From Rhizodiscina lignyota (lineage: Eukaryota): a stretch of DNA of 64,000 nt. The stretch lies in NCBI GenBank assembly GCA_010015805.1, contig ML978123.1, positions 2,480,001-2,544,000 of the forward strand, given 5' to 3'. The translations under genes were made by a program, and so were the position numbers. Every line of letters starts with the position of its first letter. Position 1 is the stretch's first letter. Shown piece by piece: positions 63,258 to 64,000 of this stretch. The notes under the pieces are model-generated. The model did no database searches, was not told the origin of the DNA, and saw nothing but the letters and a program-made list of their open reading frames with translations.

Positions 63258-64000
63258 ATGACGACATTTAATTTCGATGACAATACATGGTACTCAATCC
63301 AGAACAAGGCATTCCCGAATACGTCGATCAGCGCCTTTTCGGAGCTTGTAGCTCCAGGGAATGAGAGTGCTTTGCGCGATGTTGCTACCAATGCGACTGA
63401 TCCTGGCCAGCAATTCCAGTTCTTTCGTGCGAATGTTAGCCCCAGTACTTTCCTCGTTCGAAGCAATGGTCCAGGCTCAAGTCTCTATCTTGGTGCGCAA
63501 AACCCGATATCAGATCAGGTTGCTTCAGACACTTCACCAGTCATGCGACCTACGACTCTGTTTCCTAACGACTTGAGCGTTCTTTGGAATGTAACTCCAT
63601 GGGGCGATGGCTACTATTATCTCACTAACTATGCTAATGGATCAAAATTGCGTCTCATGGTTCAGAGCGGCCCAGAAGATGACTCGGCAGGCACCATGGG
63701 GAGGACTCTCTACGTATGGTCAAGTTACAACACCATGCCTGATAACTATCGGTTCAATTTCACGAAACTTGGCAAAGAGATTGATAATCCGAGTTTCTCA
63801 TTCGCTCAGACGCCGACTGCCGCACTTGAAACAACTGCGGCGCCTTCGGGAAGCAGTGCCGAATATTCGTCGATGTCGAGCGCTCCACCACGCTCCATAA
63901 CACCAGCATCAACAACAACAGCGCCGGCAGTATCAGCCGCAGCAAAATCGGCACACGGGATATCTTCTGGAGCGATTGCTGGTATTTCCATAGGATCGGT
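63258..64000 (+). CDS. Ricin-B-lectin-like domain, Ser/Thr stalk and start of a transmembrane helix; 3'-truncated by the window edge
   Basis: The frame is open to the window end and absent from the ORF track: FDDNTWYSIQN...QQFQF...WNVTPWGDGYYYLTNYANGS..., an S/T/A/P-rich stretch, then ISSGAIAGISIGS. Confidence 0.75.
   Translation, partial: MTTFNFDDNTWYSIQNKAFPNTSISAFSELVAPGNESALRDVATNATDPGQQFQFFRANVSPSTFLVRSNGPGSSLYLGAQNPISDQVASDTSPVMRPTTLFPNDLSVLWNVTPWGDGYYYLTNYANGSKLRLMVQSGPEDDSAGTMGRTLYVWSSYNTMPDNYRFNFTKLGKEIDNPSFSFAQTPTAALETTAAPSGSSAEYSSMSSAPPRSITPASTTTAPAVSAAAKSAHGISSGAIAGISIGS

Overview
Gene-dense, intron-containing euchromatin of a filamentous ascomycete (Pezizomycotina; the short GT..CTRAC..YAG introns and gene content support this, and finer taxonomy cannot be read from the sequence). 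About 29 protein-coding genes were reconstructed by manual splicing. Core genes: the head-to-head galactofuranose pair glfB/glfA, BFR1, an NDUFAF5-like methyltransferase, dynactin p62, CHL1, a DENN protein, VAC14 and RTG2. Accessory patches lie between them. The best candidate for an undescribed system is at ~52.7-62.1 kb: an IlvD/EDD sugar-acid-type dehydratase with no evident mitochondrial presequence, divergent from an Ldh_2-family dehydrogenase. It is flanked by a Dabb protein, a Zn polyol dehydrogenase and a decayed SMP-30/gluconolactonase gene that the ORF track misses. Together these resemble a bacterial-style non-phosphorylative sugar-acid catabolic cluster. Also absent or fragmented in the ORF track: two more pseudogenes (PQ-loop transporter, ABC-class ATPase), a spliced 78-aa gene, a probable SS18/SNH-domain protein, a complex minisatellite beside an AT-rich RIP-like relic, and a likely GC-AG intron. 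No rRNA, tRNA, CRISPR array or intact transposon was recognised. All family assignments come from motif recognition by eye, not from database searches.
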